Shown here piece after piece: positions 11,550-26,300 of a DNA stretch of 64,000 bases. Origin of the DNA: Eledone cirrhosa (taxonomy: Eukaryota); contig OZ024742.1 in NCBI GenBank assembly GCA_964016885.1, positions 63,116,001-63,180,000 of the forward strand, read 5' to 3'. Positions within the stretch are counted from its first letter, which is position 1. Each line of letters opens with the position of its first letter. A program made the position numbers and the translations under genes. The notes beneath the pieces are model-generated. The model saw nothing but the letters and a program-made list of their open reading frames with translations, was not told where the DNA came from and made no database searches.

Positions 11550-14500
11550 TGTCTCTCTGTCAGTCTGTCTTCTCTTAACTTCTAACTACCTGTCTCTCTG
11601 TCAGTTTGTCATCTCTTAACTTCTTACTACCTGTCTCTCAGTCAGTCTGTCTTCTCTTAACTTCTTACTACCTGTCTCTCTGTCAGTCTGTCATCTCTTA
11701 ACTTCTTACTACCTGTCTCTCAGTCAGTCTGTCTTCTCTTAACTTCTTACTACCTGTCTCTCAGTCAGTCTGTCTTCTCTTAACTTCTTACTACCTGCCT
11801 CTCTGTCAGTCTGTCATCTCTTAACTTCTTACTACCTGTCTCTCTGTCAGTCTGTCTTCTCTTAACTTCTTACTACCTGTCTCTCTGTCAGTCTGTCTTC
11901 TCTTAACTTCTTACTACCTGTCTCTCTGTCAGTCTGTCTTCTCTTAACTTCTTACTACCTGTCTCTCTGTCAGTCTGTCATCTCTTAACTTCTTACTACA
12001 TGTCTCTCTGTCAGTCTGTCTTCTCTTAACTTCTTACTACCTGTCTCTCTGTCACTCAGTCATCTCTTAACTTCTTACTACCTGTCTCTCTGTCAGTCTG
12101 TCTTCTCTTAACTTCTTACAACCTGTCTCACTGTCAGTCTGTCATCTCTTAACTTCTTGCTACCTGTCTCTCTGTCAGTCTGTCATGTCTTAACTTCTTA
12201 CTACCTGTCTCTCTGTCAGTCTCTCATTTCTTAACTTCTTACTACCTGTCTCTCTGTCAGTCTGTCTTCTCTTAACTTCTTACTACATGTCTCTCTGTCA
12301 GTCTGTCTTCTCTTAACTTCTTACTACCTGTCTCTCTGTCAGTCTGTCATCTCTTAACTTCTTACTATCTGTCTCTCTGTCAGTCTGTGTTCTCTTAACT
12401 CCTTACTACCTGCCTCAATGTCAGTCTGTCATCTCTTAACTTCTTACTACCTGTCTCTCTGTCAGTGTGTCATCTCTTAACTTCTAACTACCTGTCTCTC
12501 TGTCAGTTTGTCATCTCTTAACTTCTTACTACCTCTCTCTCAGTCAGTCTGTCTTCTCTTAACTTCTTACTACCTGTCTCTCTGTCAGTCTGTCATCTCT
12601 TAACTTCTTACTACCTGTCTCTCTGTCAGTCTGTCATCTCTTAACTTCTTACTACCTGTCTCTCAGTCAGTCTGTCATCTCTTAACTTCTTACTACTTGT
12701 CTCTCTTTCAGTCTGTCTTCTCTTAACTTCTTACTACCTGTCTCTCTGTCAGTCTGTCTTCTCTTAACTTCTTACTACCTGCCTCTCTGTCAGTCTGTCA
12801 TCTCTTAACTTCTTACTACCTGTCTCTCTGTCAGTCTGTCATCTCTTAACTTCTTACTACCTGTCTCTCTGTCAGTCAGTCATCTCTTAACTTCTTACTA
12901 CCTGTCTCTCTGTCAGTCTGTCTTCTCTTAACTTCTTACAACCTGTCTCACTGTCAGTCTGTCATCTCTTAACTTCTTGCTACCTGTCTCTCTGTCAGTC
13001 TGTCATGTCTTAACTTCTTACTACCTGTCTCTCTGTCAGTCTCTCATTTCTTAACTTCTTACTACCTGTCTCTCTGTCAGTCTGTCTTCTCTTAACTTCT
13101 TACTACATGTCTCTCTGTCAGTCTGTCTTCTCTTAACTTCTTACTACCTGTCTCTCTGTCAGTCTGTCATCTCTTAACTTCTTACTATCTGTCTCTCTGT
13201 CAGTCTGTGTTCTCTTAACTCCTTACTACCTGCCTCAATGTCAGTCTGTCATCTCTTAACTTCTTACTACCTGTCTCTCTGTCAGTCTGTCTTCTCTTAA
13301 CTTCTAACTACCTGTCTCTCTGTCAGTTTGTCATCTCTTAACTTCTTACTACCTGTCTCTCAGTCAGTCTGTCTTCTCTTAACTTCTTACTACCTGTCTC
13401 TCTGTCAGTCTGTCATCTCTTAACTTCTTACTACCTGTCTCTCAGTCAGTCTGTCTTCTCTTAACTTCTTACTACCTGTCTCTCAGTCAGTCTGTCTTCT
13501 CTTAACTTCTTACTACCTGCCTCTCTGTCAGTCTGTCATCTCTTAACTTCTTACTACCTGTCTCTCTGTCAGTCTGTCTTCTCTTAACTTCTTACTACCT
13601 GTCTCTCTGTCAGTCTGTCTTCTCTTAACTTCTTACTACCTGTCTCTCTGTCAGTCTGTCTTCTCTTAACTTCTTACTACCTGTCTCTCTGTCAGTCTGT
13701 CTTCTCTTAACTTCTTACTACCTGTCTCTCTGTCAGTCTGTCTTCTCTTAACTTCTTACTACCTGTCTCTCTGTCAGTCAGTCATCTCTTAACTTCTTAC
13801 TACCTGTCTCTCTGTCAGTCTGTCTTCTCTTAACTTCTAACTACCTGTCTCTCTGTCAGTTTGTCATCTCTTAACTTCTTACTACCTGTCTCTCAGTCAG
13901 TCTGTCTTCTCTTAACTTCTTACTACCTGTCTCTCTGTCAGTCTGTCATCTCTTAACTTCTTACTACCTGTCTCTCAGTCAGTCTGTCTTCTCTTAACTT
14001 CTTACTACCTGTCTCTCAGTCAGTCTGTCTTCTCTTAACTTCTTACTACCTGCCTCTCTGTCAGTCTGTCATCTCTTAACTTCTTACTACCTGTCTCTCT
14101 GTCAGTCTGTCTTCTCTTAACTTCTTACTACCTGTCTCTCTGTCAGTCTGTCTTCTCTTAACTTCTTACTACCTGTCTCTCTGTCAGTCTGTCTTCTCTT
14201 AACTTCTTACTACCTGTCTCTCTGTCAGTCTGTCATCTCTTAACTTCTTACTACATGTCTCTCTGTCAGTCTGTCTTCTCTTAACTTCTTACTACCTGTC
14301 TCTCTGTCACTCAGTCATCTCTTAACTTCTTACTACCTGTCTCTCTGTCAGTCTGTCTTCTCTTAACTTCTTACAACCTGTCTCACTGTCAGTCTGTCAT
14401 CTCTTAACTTCTTGCTACCTGTCTCTCTGTCAGTCTGTCATGTCTTAACTTCTTACTACCTGTCTCTCTGTCAGTCTCTCATTTCTTAACTTCTTACTAC

Positions 14501-17500
14501 CTGTCTCTCTGTCAGTCTGTCTTCTCTTAACTTCTTACTACATGTCTCTCTGTCAGTCTGTCTTCTCTTAACTTCTTACTACCTGTCTCTCTGTCAGTCT
14601 GTCATCTCTTAACTTCTTACTATCTGTCTCTCTGTCAGTCTGTGTTCTCTTAACTCCTTACTACCTGCCTCAATGTCAGTCTGTCATCTCTTAACTTCTT
14701 ACTACCTGTCTCTCTGTCAGTGTGTCATCTCTTAACTTCTAACTACCTGTCTCTCTGTCAGTTTGTCATCTCTTAACTTCTTACTACCTCTCTCTCAGTC
14801 AGTCTGTCTTCTCTTAACTTCTTACTACCTGTCTCTCTGTCAGTCTGTCATCTCTTAACTTCTTACTACCTGTCTCTCTGTCAGTCTGTCATCTCTTAAC
14901 TTCTTACTACCTGTCTCTCAGTCAGTCTGTCATCTCTTAACTTCTTACTACTTGTCTCTCTTTCAGTCTGTCTTCTCTTAACTTCTTACTACCTGTCTCT
15001 CTGTCAGTCTGTCTTCTCTTAACTTCTTACTACCTGCCTCTCTGTCAGTCTGTCATCTCTTAACTTCTTACTACCTGTCTCTCTGTCAGTCTGTCATCTC
15101 TTAACTTCTTACTACCTGTCTCTCTGTCAGTCAGTCATCTCTTAACTTCTTACTACCTGTCTCTCTGTCAGTCTGTCTTCTCTTAACTTCTTACAACCTG
15201 TCTCACTGTCAGTCTGTCATCTCTTAACTTCTTGCTACCTGTCTCTCTGTCAGTCTGTCATGTCTTAACTTCTTACTACCTGTCTCTCTGTCAGTCTCTC
15301 ATTTCTTAACTTCTTACTACCTGTCTCTCTGTCAGTCTGTCTTCTCTTAACTTCTTACTACATGTCTCTCTGTCAGTCTGTCTTCTCTTAACTTCTTACT
15401 ACCTGTCTCTCTGTCAGTCTGTCATCTCTTAACTTCTTACTATCTGTCTCTCTGTCAGTCTGTGTTCTCTTAACTCCTTACTACCTGCCTCAATGTCAGT
15501 CTGTCATCTCTTAACTTCTTACTACCTGTCTCTCTGTCAGTCTGTCTTCTCTTAACTTCTAACTACCTGTCTCTCTGTCAGTTTGTCATCTCTTAACTTC
15601 TTACTACCTGTCTCTCAGTCAGTCTGTCTTCTCTTAACTTCTTACTACCTGTCTCTCTGTCAGTCTGTCATCTCTTAACTTCTTACTACCTGTCTCTCAG
15701 TCAGTCTGTCTTCTCTTAACTTCTTACTACCTGTCTCTCAGTCAGTCTGTCTTCTCTTAACTTCTTACTACCTGCCTCTCTGTCAGTCTGTCATCTCTTA
15801 ACTTCTTACTACCTGTCTCTCTGTCAGTCTGTCTTCTCTTAACTTCTTACTACCTGTCTCTCTGTCAGTCTGTCTTCTCTTAACTTCTTACTACCTGTCT
15901 CTCTGTCAGTCTGTCTTCTCTTAACTTCTTACTACCTGTCTCTCTGTCAGTCTGTCATCTCTTAACTTCTTACTACATGTCTCTCTGTCAGTCTGTCTTC
16001 TCTTAACTTCTTACTACCTGTCTCTCTGTCACTCAGTCATCTCTTAACTTCTTACTACCTGTCTCTCTGTCAGTCTGTCTTCTCTTAACTTCTTACAACC
16101 TGTCTCACTGTCAGTCTGTCATCTCTTAACTTCTTGCTACCTGTCTCTCTGTCAGTCTGTCATGTCTTAACTTCTTACTACCTGTCTCTCTGTCAGTCTC
16201 TCATTTCTTAACTTCTTACTACCTGTCTCTCTGTCAGTCTGTCTTCTCTTAACTTCTTACTACATGTCTCTCTGTCAGTCTGTCTTCTCTTAACTTCTTA
16301 CTACCTGTCTCTCTGTCAGTCTGTCATCTCTTAACTTCTTACTATCTGTCTCTCTGTCAGTCTGTGTTCTCTTAACTCCTTACTACCTGCCTCAATGTCA
16401 GTCTGTCATCTCTTAACTTCTTACTACCTGTCTCTCTGTCAGTGTGTCATCTCTTAACTTCTAACTACCTGTCTCTCTGTCAGTTTGTCATCTCTTAACT
16501 TCTTACTACCTCTCTCTCAGTCAGTCTGTCTTCTCTTAACTTCTTACTACCTGTCTCTCTGTCAGTCTGTCATCTCTTAACTTCTTACTACCTGTCTCTC
16601 TGTCAGTCTGTCATCTCTTAACTTCTTACTACCTGTCTCTCAGTCAGTCTGTCATCTCTTAACTTCTTACTACTTGTCTCTCTTTCAGTCTGTCTTCTCT
16701 TAACTTCTTACTACCTGTCTCTCTGTCAGTCTGTCTTCTCTTAACTTCTTACTACCTGCCTCTCTGTCAGTCTGTCATCTCTTAACTTCTTACTACCTGT
16801 CTCTCTGTCAGTCTGTCATCTCTTAACTTCTTACTACCTGTCTCTCTGTCAGTCAGTCATCTCTTAACTTCTTACTACCTGTCTCTCTGTCAGTCTGTCT
16901 TCTCTTAACTTCTTACAACCTGTCTCACTGTCAGTCTGTCATCTCTTAACTTCTTGCTACCTGTCTCTCTGTCAGTCTGTCATGTCTTAACTTCTTACTA
17001 CCTGTCTCTCTGTCAGTCTCTCATTTCTTAACTTCTTACTACCTGTCTCTCTGTCAGTCTGTCTTCTCTTAACTTCTTACTACATGTCTCTCTGTCAGTC
17101 TGTCTTCTCTTAACTTCTTACTACCTGTCTCTCTGTCAGTCTGTCATCTCTTAACTTCTTACTATCTGTCTCTCTGTCAGTCTGTGTTCTCTTAACTCCT
17201 TACTACCTGCCTCAATGTCAGTCTGTCATCTCTTAACTTCTTACTACCTGTCTCTCTGTCAGTCTGTCTTCTCTTAACTTCTAACTACCTGTCTCTCTGT
17301 CAGTTTGTCATCTCTTAACTTCTTACTACCTGTCTCTCAGTCAGTCTGTCTTCTCTTAACTTCTTACTACCTGTCTCTCTGTCAGTCTGTCATCTCTTAA
17401 CTTCTTACTACCTGTCTCTCAGTCAGTCTGTCTTCTCTTAACTTCTTACTACCTGTCTCTCAGTCAGTCTGTCTTCTCTTAACTTCTTACTACCTGCCTC

Positions 17501-18600
17501 TCTGTCAGTCTGTCATCTCTTAACTTCTTACTACCTGTCTCTCTGTCAGTCTGTCTTCTCTTAACTTCTTACTACCTGTCTCTCTGTCAGTCTGTCTTCT
17601 CTTAACTTCTTACTACCTGTCTCTCTGTCAGTCTGTCTTCTCTTAACTTCTTACTACCTGTCTCTCTGTCAGTCTGTCATCTCTTAACTTCTTACTACAT
17701 GTCTCTCTGTCAGTCTGTCTTCTCTTAACTTCTTACTACCTGTCTCTCTGTCAGTCAGTCATCTCTTAACTTCTTACTACCTGTCTCTCTGTCAGTCTGT
17801 CTTCTCTTAACTTCTTACAACCTGTCTCACTGTCAGTCTGTCATCTCTTAACTTCTTGCTACCTGTCTCTCTGTCAGTCTGTCATGTCTTAACTTCTTAC
17901 TACCTGTCTCTCTGTCAGTCTCTCATTTCTTAACTTCTTACTACCTGTCTCTCTGTCAGTCTGTCTTCTCTTAACTTCTTACTACATGTCTCTCTGTCAG
18001 TCTGTCTTCTCTTAACATCTTACTACCTGTCTCTCTGTCAGTCTGTCATCTCTTAACTTCTTACTATCTGTCTCTCTGTCAGTCTGTGTTCTCTTAACTC
18101 CTTACTACCTGCCTCAATGTCAGTCTGTCATCTCTTAACTTCTTACTACCTGTCTCTCTGTCAGTCTGTCATCTCTTAACTTCTAACTACCTGTCTCTCT
18201 GTCAGTTTGTCATCTCTTAACTTCTTACTACCTCTCTCTCAGTCAGTCTGTCTTCTCTTAACTTCTTACTACCTGTCTCTCTGTCAGTCTGTCATCTCTT
18301 AACTTCTTACTACCTGTCTCTCTGTCAGTCTGTCATCTCTTAACTTCTTACTACCTGTCTCTCAGTCAGTCTGTCATCTCTTAACTTCTTACTACTTGTC
18401 TCTCTTTCAGTCTGTCTTCTCTTAACTTCTTACTACCTGTCTCTCTGTCAGTCTGTCTTCTCTTAACTTCTTACTACCTGCCTCTCTGTCAGTCTGTCAT
18501 CTCTTAACTTCTTACTACCTGTCTCTCTGTCAGTCTGTCATCTCTTAACTTCTTACTACCTGTCTCTCTGTCAGTCAGTCATCTCTTAACTTCTTACTAC
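11550..18600. repeat. Higher-order repeat zone with 42-monomer (1722 bp) and 55-monomer (2255 bp) units built from 20- and 22-monomer sub-blocks
   Basis: GTCACTCAG at 12051, 14306 and 16028, and GTCAGTGTG at 12461, 14716 and 16438 (offsets 2255 and 1722). GCCTCAATG spacings are 820, 1435, 820, 902, 820 and 902. Confidence 0.88.
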
Positions 18601-21600
18601 CTGTCTCTCTGTCAGTCTGTCTTCTCTTAACTTCTTACAACCTGTCTCACTGTCAGTCTGTCATCTCTTAACTTCTTGCTACCTGTCTCTCTGTCAGTCT
18701 GTGTTCTCTTAACTCCTTACTACCTGCCTCAATGTCAGTCTGTCATCTCTTAACTTCTTACTACCTGTCTCTCTGTCAGTCTGTCATCTCTTAACTTCTA
18801 ACTACCTGTCTCTCTGTCAGTTTGTCATCTCTTAACTTCTTACTACCTCTCTCTCAGTCAGTCTGTCTTCTCTTAACTTCTTACTACCTGTCTCTCTGTC
18901 AGTCTGTCATCTCTTAACTTCTTACTACCTGTCTCTCTGTCAGTCTGTCATCTCTTAACTTCTTACTACCTGTCTCTCAGTCAGTCTGTCATCTCTTAAC
19001 TTCTTACTACTTGTCTCTCTTTCAGTCTGTCTTCTCTTAACTTCTTACTACCTGTCTCTCTGTCAGTCTGTCTTCTCTTAACTTCTTACTACCTGTCTCA
19101 CTGTCAGTCTGTCATCTCTTAACTTCTTACTACCTGTCTCTCTGTCAGTCTGTCATCTCTTAACTTCTTACTACCTGTCTCACTGTCAGTCTGTCTTCTC
19201 TTAACTTCTTACTACCTGTCTCTCTGTCAGTCTGTCATCTCTTAACTTCTTACTACCTGTCTCACTGTCAGTCAGTCATCTCTTAACTTTTTACTACTTG
19301 TCTCTCTTTCAGTCTGTCTTCTCTTAACTTCTTACTCCCTGTCTCTCTGTCAGTCTGTCATCTCTTAACTTCTTACTATCTGTCTCTCTGTCAGTCTGTC
19401 TTCTCTTAACTTCTTAATACATGTCTCTCTATCAGTCTGTCTTCTCTTAACTTCTTACTACCTGTCTCTCTGTCAGTCTGTCATCTCTTAACTTCTTACT
19501 ATCTGTCTCTCTGTCAGTCTGTGTTCTCTTAACTCCTTACTACCTGCCTCTCTGTCAGTCTGTCATCTCTTAACTTCTTACTACCTGTCTCTCTGTCAGT
19601 CTGTCTTCTCTTAACTTCTTACTACCTGTCTCTCAGTCAGTCTGTCTTCTCTTAACTTCTTACTACTTGCCTCTCCGTCAGTCAGTCATCTCTTAACTTC
19701 TTACTACCTGTCTCTCTGTCAGTCTGTCTTCTCTTAACTTCTTACTACCTCTCTCTCTGTCAGTCTGTCTTCTCTTAACTTCTTACTACCTGTCTCTCTG
19801 TCAGTCTGTCATCTCTTAACTTCTTACAACCTGTCTCTCAGTCAGTCTGTCTTCTCTTAACTTCTTACTACCTGTCTCTCAGTCAGTCTGTCTTCTCTTA
19901 ACTTCTTACTACCTGTCTCTCTGTCAGTCTGTCATCTCTTAACTTCTTACTACATGTCTCTCTGTCAGTCTGTCTTCTCTTAACTTCTTACTACCTGTCT
20001 CTCTGTCAGTCAGTTATCTCTTAACTTCTTACTACCTGTCTCTCAGTCAGTCTGTCATCTCTTAACTTTTTACTACTTGTCTCTCTTTCAGTCTCTCTTC
20101 TCTTAACTTCTTACTACCTGTCTCTCTCTCAGTCTGTCTTCTATTAACTTCTTGCTACCTGTCTCTCTGTCAGTCTGTCATGTCTTAACTTCTTACTACC
20201 TGTCTCTCAGTCATTCTGTCTTCTCTTAACTTCTTACTACCTGTCTCTCAGTCAGTCTGTCTTCTCTTAACTTCTTACTACCTGTCTCTCTGTCAGTCTG
20301 TCTTCTCTTAACTTCTTACTACCTGTCTCTCTGTCAGTCTGTCATCTCTTAACTTCTTACTACCTGTCTCTCAGTCAGTCTGTCTTCTCTTAACTTCTTA
20401 CTACCTGTCTCTCTGCCAGTCTGTCATCTCTTAACTTCTTACTACATGTCTCTCTGTCAGTCTGTCTTCTCTTAACTTCTTACTACCTGTCTCTCTGTCA
20501 GTCTGTCATCTCTTAACTTCTTACTACCTGTCTCTCAGTCAGTCTGTCATCTCTTAACTTCGTACTACCTGTCTCTCTGTCAGTCTGTCATCTCTTAACT
20601 TCTAACTACCTGTCTCTCTGTCAGTTTGTCATCTCTTAACTTCTTACTACCTCTCTCTCAGTCAGTCTGTCTTCTCTTAACTTCTTACTACCTGTCTCTC
20701 TGTCAGTCTGTCATCTCTTAACTTCTTACTACCTGTCTCTCAGTCAGTCTGTCTTCTCTTAACTTCTTACTACCTGTCTCTCAGTCAGTCTGTCTTCTCT
20801 TAACTTCTTACTACCTGCCTCTCTGTCAGTCTGTCATCTCTTAACTTCTTACTACCTGTCTCTCTGTCAGTCTGTCTTCTCTTAACTTCTTACTACCTGT
20901 CTCTCTGTCAGTCTGTCTTCTCTTAACTTCTTACTACCTGTCTCTCTGTCAGTCTGTCATCTCTTAACTTCTTACTACCTGTCTCTCTGTCAGTCTGTCT
21001 TCTCTTAACTTCTGACTACCTGTCTCTCTGTCAGTCTGTCTTCTCTTAACTTCTTACTACCTGTCTCTCTGTCAGTCTGTCTTCTCTTAACTTCTTACTA
21101 CCTGTCTCTCTGTCAGTCTGTCATCTCTTAACATCTTACTACATGTCTCTCTGTCAGTCTGTCTTCTCTTAACTTCTTACTACCTGTCTCTCTGTCAGTC
21201 AGTCATCTCTTAACTTCTTACTACCTGTCTCTCTGTCAGTCTGTCTTCTCTTAACTTCTTACTACATGTCTCTCTGTCAGTCTGTCTTCTCTTAACTTCT
21301 TACTATCTGTCTTTCTGTCAGTCTGTGTTTTTTTTTTAACTCCTTACTACCTGTCTCTCTGTCAGTCTGTCATCTCTTAACTTCTTACTACCTGTCTCTC
21401 TGTCAGTCTGTCTTCTATTAACTTCTTACTACCAGTCTCTCTGTCAGTCTGTCTTCTCTTAACTTCTTACTACCTGTCTCTCTGTCAGTCTCTCTTCTCT
21501 TAACTTCTTACTACCTGTCTCTCAGTCAGTCTGTCATCTCTTAAATTTTTACTATCTGTCTCTCATTCAGTCTCTCTTCTCTTAACTTCTTACTACCTGT

Positions 21601-23399
21601 CTCTCTGTCAGTCTGTCATCTCTTAACTTCTTACTACCTGTCTCTCTGTCAGTCTGTCATCTCTTAACTTCTAACTACCTGTCTCTCTGTCAGTTTGTCA
21701 TCTCTTAACTTCTTACTACCTGTCTCTCAGTCAGTCTGTCTTCTCTTAACTTCTTACTACCTGTCTCTCTGTCAGTCTGTCATCTCTTTACTTCTTACTA
21801 CCTGTCTCTCAGTCAGTCTGTCTTCTCTTAACTTCTTACTACCTGTCTCTCAGTCAGTCTGTCTTCTCTTAACTTCTTACTACCTGCCTCTCTGTCAGTC
21901 TGTCATCTCTTAACTTCTTACTACCTGTCTCTCTGTCAGTCTGTCTTCTCTTAACTTCTTACTACCTGTCTCTCTGTCAGTCTGTCTTCTCTTAACTTCT
22001 TACTACCTGTCTCTCTGTCAGTCTGTCTTCTCTTAAGTTCTTACTACCTGTCTCTCTGTCAGTCTGTCATCTCTTAACTTCTTACTACATGTCTCTCTGT
22101 CAGTCTGTCTTCTCTTAACTTCTTACTACCTGTCTCTCTGTCAGTCAGTCATCTCTTAACTTCTTACTACCTGTCTCTCTGTCAGTCTGTCTTCTCTTAA
22201 CTTCTTACAACCTGTCTCACTGTCAGTCTGTCATCTCTTAACTTCTTGCTACCTGTCTCTCTGTCAGTCTGTCATGTCTTAACTTCTTACTACCTGTCTC
22301 TCTGTCAGTCTCTCATTTCTTAACTTCTTACTACCTGTCTCTCTGTCAGTCTGTCTTCTCTTAACTTCTTACTACATGTCTCTCTGTCAGTCTGTCTTCT
22401 CTTAACTTCTTACTACCTGTCTCTCTGTCACTCTGTCATCTCTTAACTTCTTACTATCTGTCTCTCTGTCAGTCTGTGTTCTCTTAACTCCTTACTACCT
22501 GCCTCAATGTCAGTCTGTCATCTCTTAACTTCTTACTACCTGTCTCTCTGTCAGTCTGTCATCTCTTAACTTCTAACTACCTGTCTCTCTGTCAGTTTGT
22601 CATCTCTTAACTTCTTACTACCTCTCTCTCAGTCAGTCTGTCTTCTCTTAACTTCTTACTACCTGTCTCTCTGTCAGTCTGTCATCTCTTAACTTCTTAC
22701 TACCTGTCTCTCTGTCAGTCTGTCATCTCTTAACTTCTTACTACCTGTCTCTCAGTCAGTCTGTCATCTCTTAACTTCTTACTACTTGTCTCTCTTTCAG
22801 TCTGTCTTCTCTTAACTTCTTACTACCTGTCTCTCTGTCAGTCTGTCTTCTCTTAACTTCTTACTACCTGCCTCTCTGTCAGTCTGTCATCTCTTAACTT
22901 CTTACTACCTGTCTCTCTGTCAGTCTGTCTTCTCTTAACTTCTTACTACCTGTCTCTCTGTCAGTCTGTCTTCTCTTAACTTCTTACTACCTGTCTCTCT
23001 GTCAGTCTGTCTTCTCTTAACTTCTTACTACCTGTCTCTCTGTCAGTCTGTCATCTCTTAACTTCTTACTACATGTCTCTCTGTCAGTCTGTCTTCTCTT
23101 AACTTCTTACTACCTGTCTCTCTGTCAGTCAGTCATCTCTTAACTTCTTACTACCTGTCTCTCTGTCAGTCTGTCTTCTCTTAACTTCTTACAACCTGTC
23201 TCACTGTCAGTCTGTCATCTCTTAACTTCTTGCTACCTGTCTCTCTGTCAGTCTGTCATGTCTTAACTTCTTACTACCTGTCTCTCTGTCAGTCTCTCAT
23301 TTCTTAACTTCTTACTACCTGTCTCTCTGTCAGTCTGTCTTCTCTTAACTTCTTACTACATGTCTCTCTGTCAGTCTGTCTTCTCTTAACTTCTTACTA

Positions 23400-26300
23400 C
23401 CTGTCTCTCTGTCAGTCTGTCATCTCTTAACTTCTTACTATCTGTCTCTCTGTCAGTCTGTGTTCTCTTAACTCCTTACTACCTGCCTCAATGTCAGTCT
23501 GTCATCTCTTAACTTCTTACTACCTGTCTCTCTGTCAGTCTGTCATCTCTTAACTTCTAACTACCTGTCTCTCTGTCAGTTTGTCATCTCTTAACTTCTT
23601 ACTACCTCTCTCTCAGTCAGTCTGTCTTCTCTTAACTTCTTACTACCTGTCTCTCTGTCAGTCTGTCATCTCTTAACTTCTTACTACCTGTCTCTCTGTC
23701 AGTCTGTCATCTCTTAACTTCTTACTACCTGTCTCTCAGTCAGTCTGTCATCTCTTAACTTCTTACTACTTGTCTCTCTTTCAGTCTGTCTTCTCTTAAC
23801 TTCTTACTACCTGTCTCTCTGTCAGTCTGTCTTCTCTTAACTTCTTACTACCTGTCTCACTGTCAGTCTGTCATCTCTTAACTTCTTACTACCTGTCTCT
23901 CTGTCAGTCTGTCATCTCTTAACTTCTTACTACCTGTCTCTCTGTCAGTCTGTCTTCTCTTAACTTCTTACTACCTGTCTCTCTGTCAGTCTGTCATCTC
24001 TTAACTTCTTACTACCTGTCTCACTGTCAGTCAGTCATCTCTTAACTTTTTACTACTTGTCTCTCTTTCAGTCTGTCTTCTCTTAACTTCTTACTCCCTG
24101 TCTCTCTGTCAGTCTGTCATCTCTTAACTTCTTACTATCTGTCTCTCTGTCAGTCTGTCTTCTCTTAACTTCTTAATACATGTCTCTCTATCAGTCTGTC
24201 TTCTCTTAACTTCTTACTACCTGTCTCTCTGTCAGTCTGTCTTCTCTTAACTTCTTACTACCTCTCTCTCTGTCAGTCTGTCTTCTCTTAACTTCTTACT
24301 ACCTGTCTCTCTGTCAGTCTGTCATCTCTTAACTTCTTACAACCTGTCTCTCAGTCAGTCTGTCTTCTCTTAACTTCTTACTACCTGTCTCTCAGTCAGT
24401 CTGTCTTCTCTTAACTTCTTACTACCTGTCTCTCTGTCAGTCTGTCATCTCTTAACTTCTTACTACATGTCTCTCTGTCAGTCTGTCTTCTCTTAACTTC
24501 TTACTACCTGTCTCTCTGTCAGTCTGTCATCTCTTAACTTCTTACTACCTGTCTCTCAGTCAGTCTGTCATCTCTTAACTTTTTACTACTTGTCTCTCTT
24601 TCAGTCTCTCTTCTATTAACTTCTTGCTACCTGTCTCTCTGTCAGTCTGTCATGTCTTAACTTCTTACTACCTGTCTCTCAGTCATTCTGTCTTCTCTTA
24701 ACTTCTTACTACCTGTCTCTCAGTCAGTCTGTCTTCTCTTAACTTCTTACTACCTGTCTCTCTGTCAGTCTGTCTTCTCTTAACTTCTTACTACCTGTCT
24801 CTCTGTCAGTCTGTCATCTCTTAACTTCTTACTACCTGTCTCTCAGTCAGTCTGTCTTCTCTTAACTTCTTACTACCTGTCTCTCTGTCAGTCTGTCATC
24901 TCTTAACTTCTTACTACATGTCTCTCTGTCAGTCTGTCTTCTCTTAACTTCTTACTACCTGTCTCTCTGTCAGTCTGTCATCTCTTAACTTCTTACTACC
25001 TGTCTCTCAGTCAGTCTGTCATCTCTTAACTTCGTACTACCTGTCTCTCTGTCAGACTGTCATCTCTTAACTTCTAACTACCTGTCTCTCTGTCAGTTTG
25101 TCATCTCTTAACTTCTTACTACCTCTCTCTCAGTCAGTCTGTCTTCTCTTAACTTCTTACTACCTGTCTCTCTGTCAGTCTGTCATCTCTTAACTTCTTA
25201 CTACCTGTCTCTCAGTCAGTCTGTCTTCTCTTAACTTCTTACTACCTGTCTCTCAGTCAGTCTGTCTTCTCTTAACTTCTTACTACCTGCCTCTCTGTCA
25301 GTCTGTCATCTCTTAACTTCTTACTACCTGTCTCTCTGTCAGTCTGTCTTCTCTTAACTTCTTACTACCTGTCTCTCTGTCAGTCTGTCAGTCTGTCTTC
25401 TCTTAACTTCTTACTACCTGTCTCTCTGTCAGTCTGTCATCTCTTAACTTCTTACTACCTGTCTCTCTGTCAGTCTGTCATCTCTTAACTTCTTACTACC
25501 TGTCTCTCAGTCAGTCTGTCATCTCTTAACTTTTTACTACTTGTCTCTCTTTCAGTCTCTCTTCTCTTAACTTCTTACTACCTGTCTCTCTGTCAGTCTT
25601 TCATCTCTTAACTTCTTACTACCTGTCTCTCTGTCAGTCTGTCATCTCTTAACTTCTTACTATCTGTCTCTCTGTCAGTCTGTCATGTCTTAACTTCTTA
25701 CTACCTGTCTCTCTGTCAGTCTCTCTTCTCTTAACTTCTTACTACATGTCTCTCTGTCAGTCTGTCTTCTCTTAACTTCTTACTACCTGTCTCTCTGTCA
25801 GTCTGTCATCTCTTAACTTCTTACTACCTGTCTCTCAGTCAGTCTGTCATCTCTTAACTTTTTACTACTTGTCTCTCTTTCAGTCTCTCTTCTCTTAACT
25901 TCTTACTACCTGTCACTCTGTCAGTCTGTCTTCTATTAACTTCTTGCTACCTGTCTCTCTGTCAGTCTGTCATGTCTTAACTTCTTACTACCTGTCTCTC
26001 AGTCAGTCTGTCTTCTCTTAACTTCTTACTACCTGTCTCTCAGTCAGCCTGTCTTCTCTTAACTTCTTACTACCTGTCTCTCTGTCAGTCTGTCTTCTCT
26101 TAACTTCTTACTACCTGTCTCTCTGTCAGTCTGTCATCTCTTAACTTCTTACTACCTGTCTCTCAGTCAGTCTGTCTTCTCTTAACTTCTTACTACCTGT
26201 CTCTCTGCCAGTCTGTCATCTCTTAACTTCTTACTACATGTCTCTCTGTCAGTCTGTCTTCTCTTAACTTCTTACTCCCTGTCTCTCTGTCAGTCTGTCA

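Noticed and set aside
21695-21913. 72-aa ORF from the supplied track
   Set aside because: It is translated satellite. It starts at a variant TTG and stays open only because one TAA became TTA at 21789. The peptide simply cycles through the three frames of the 41-mer.
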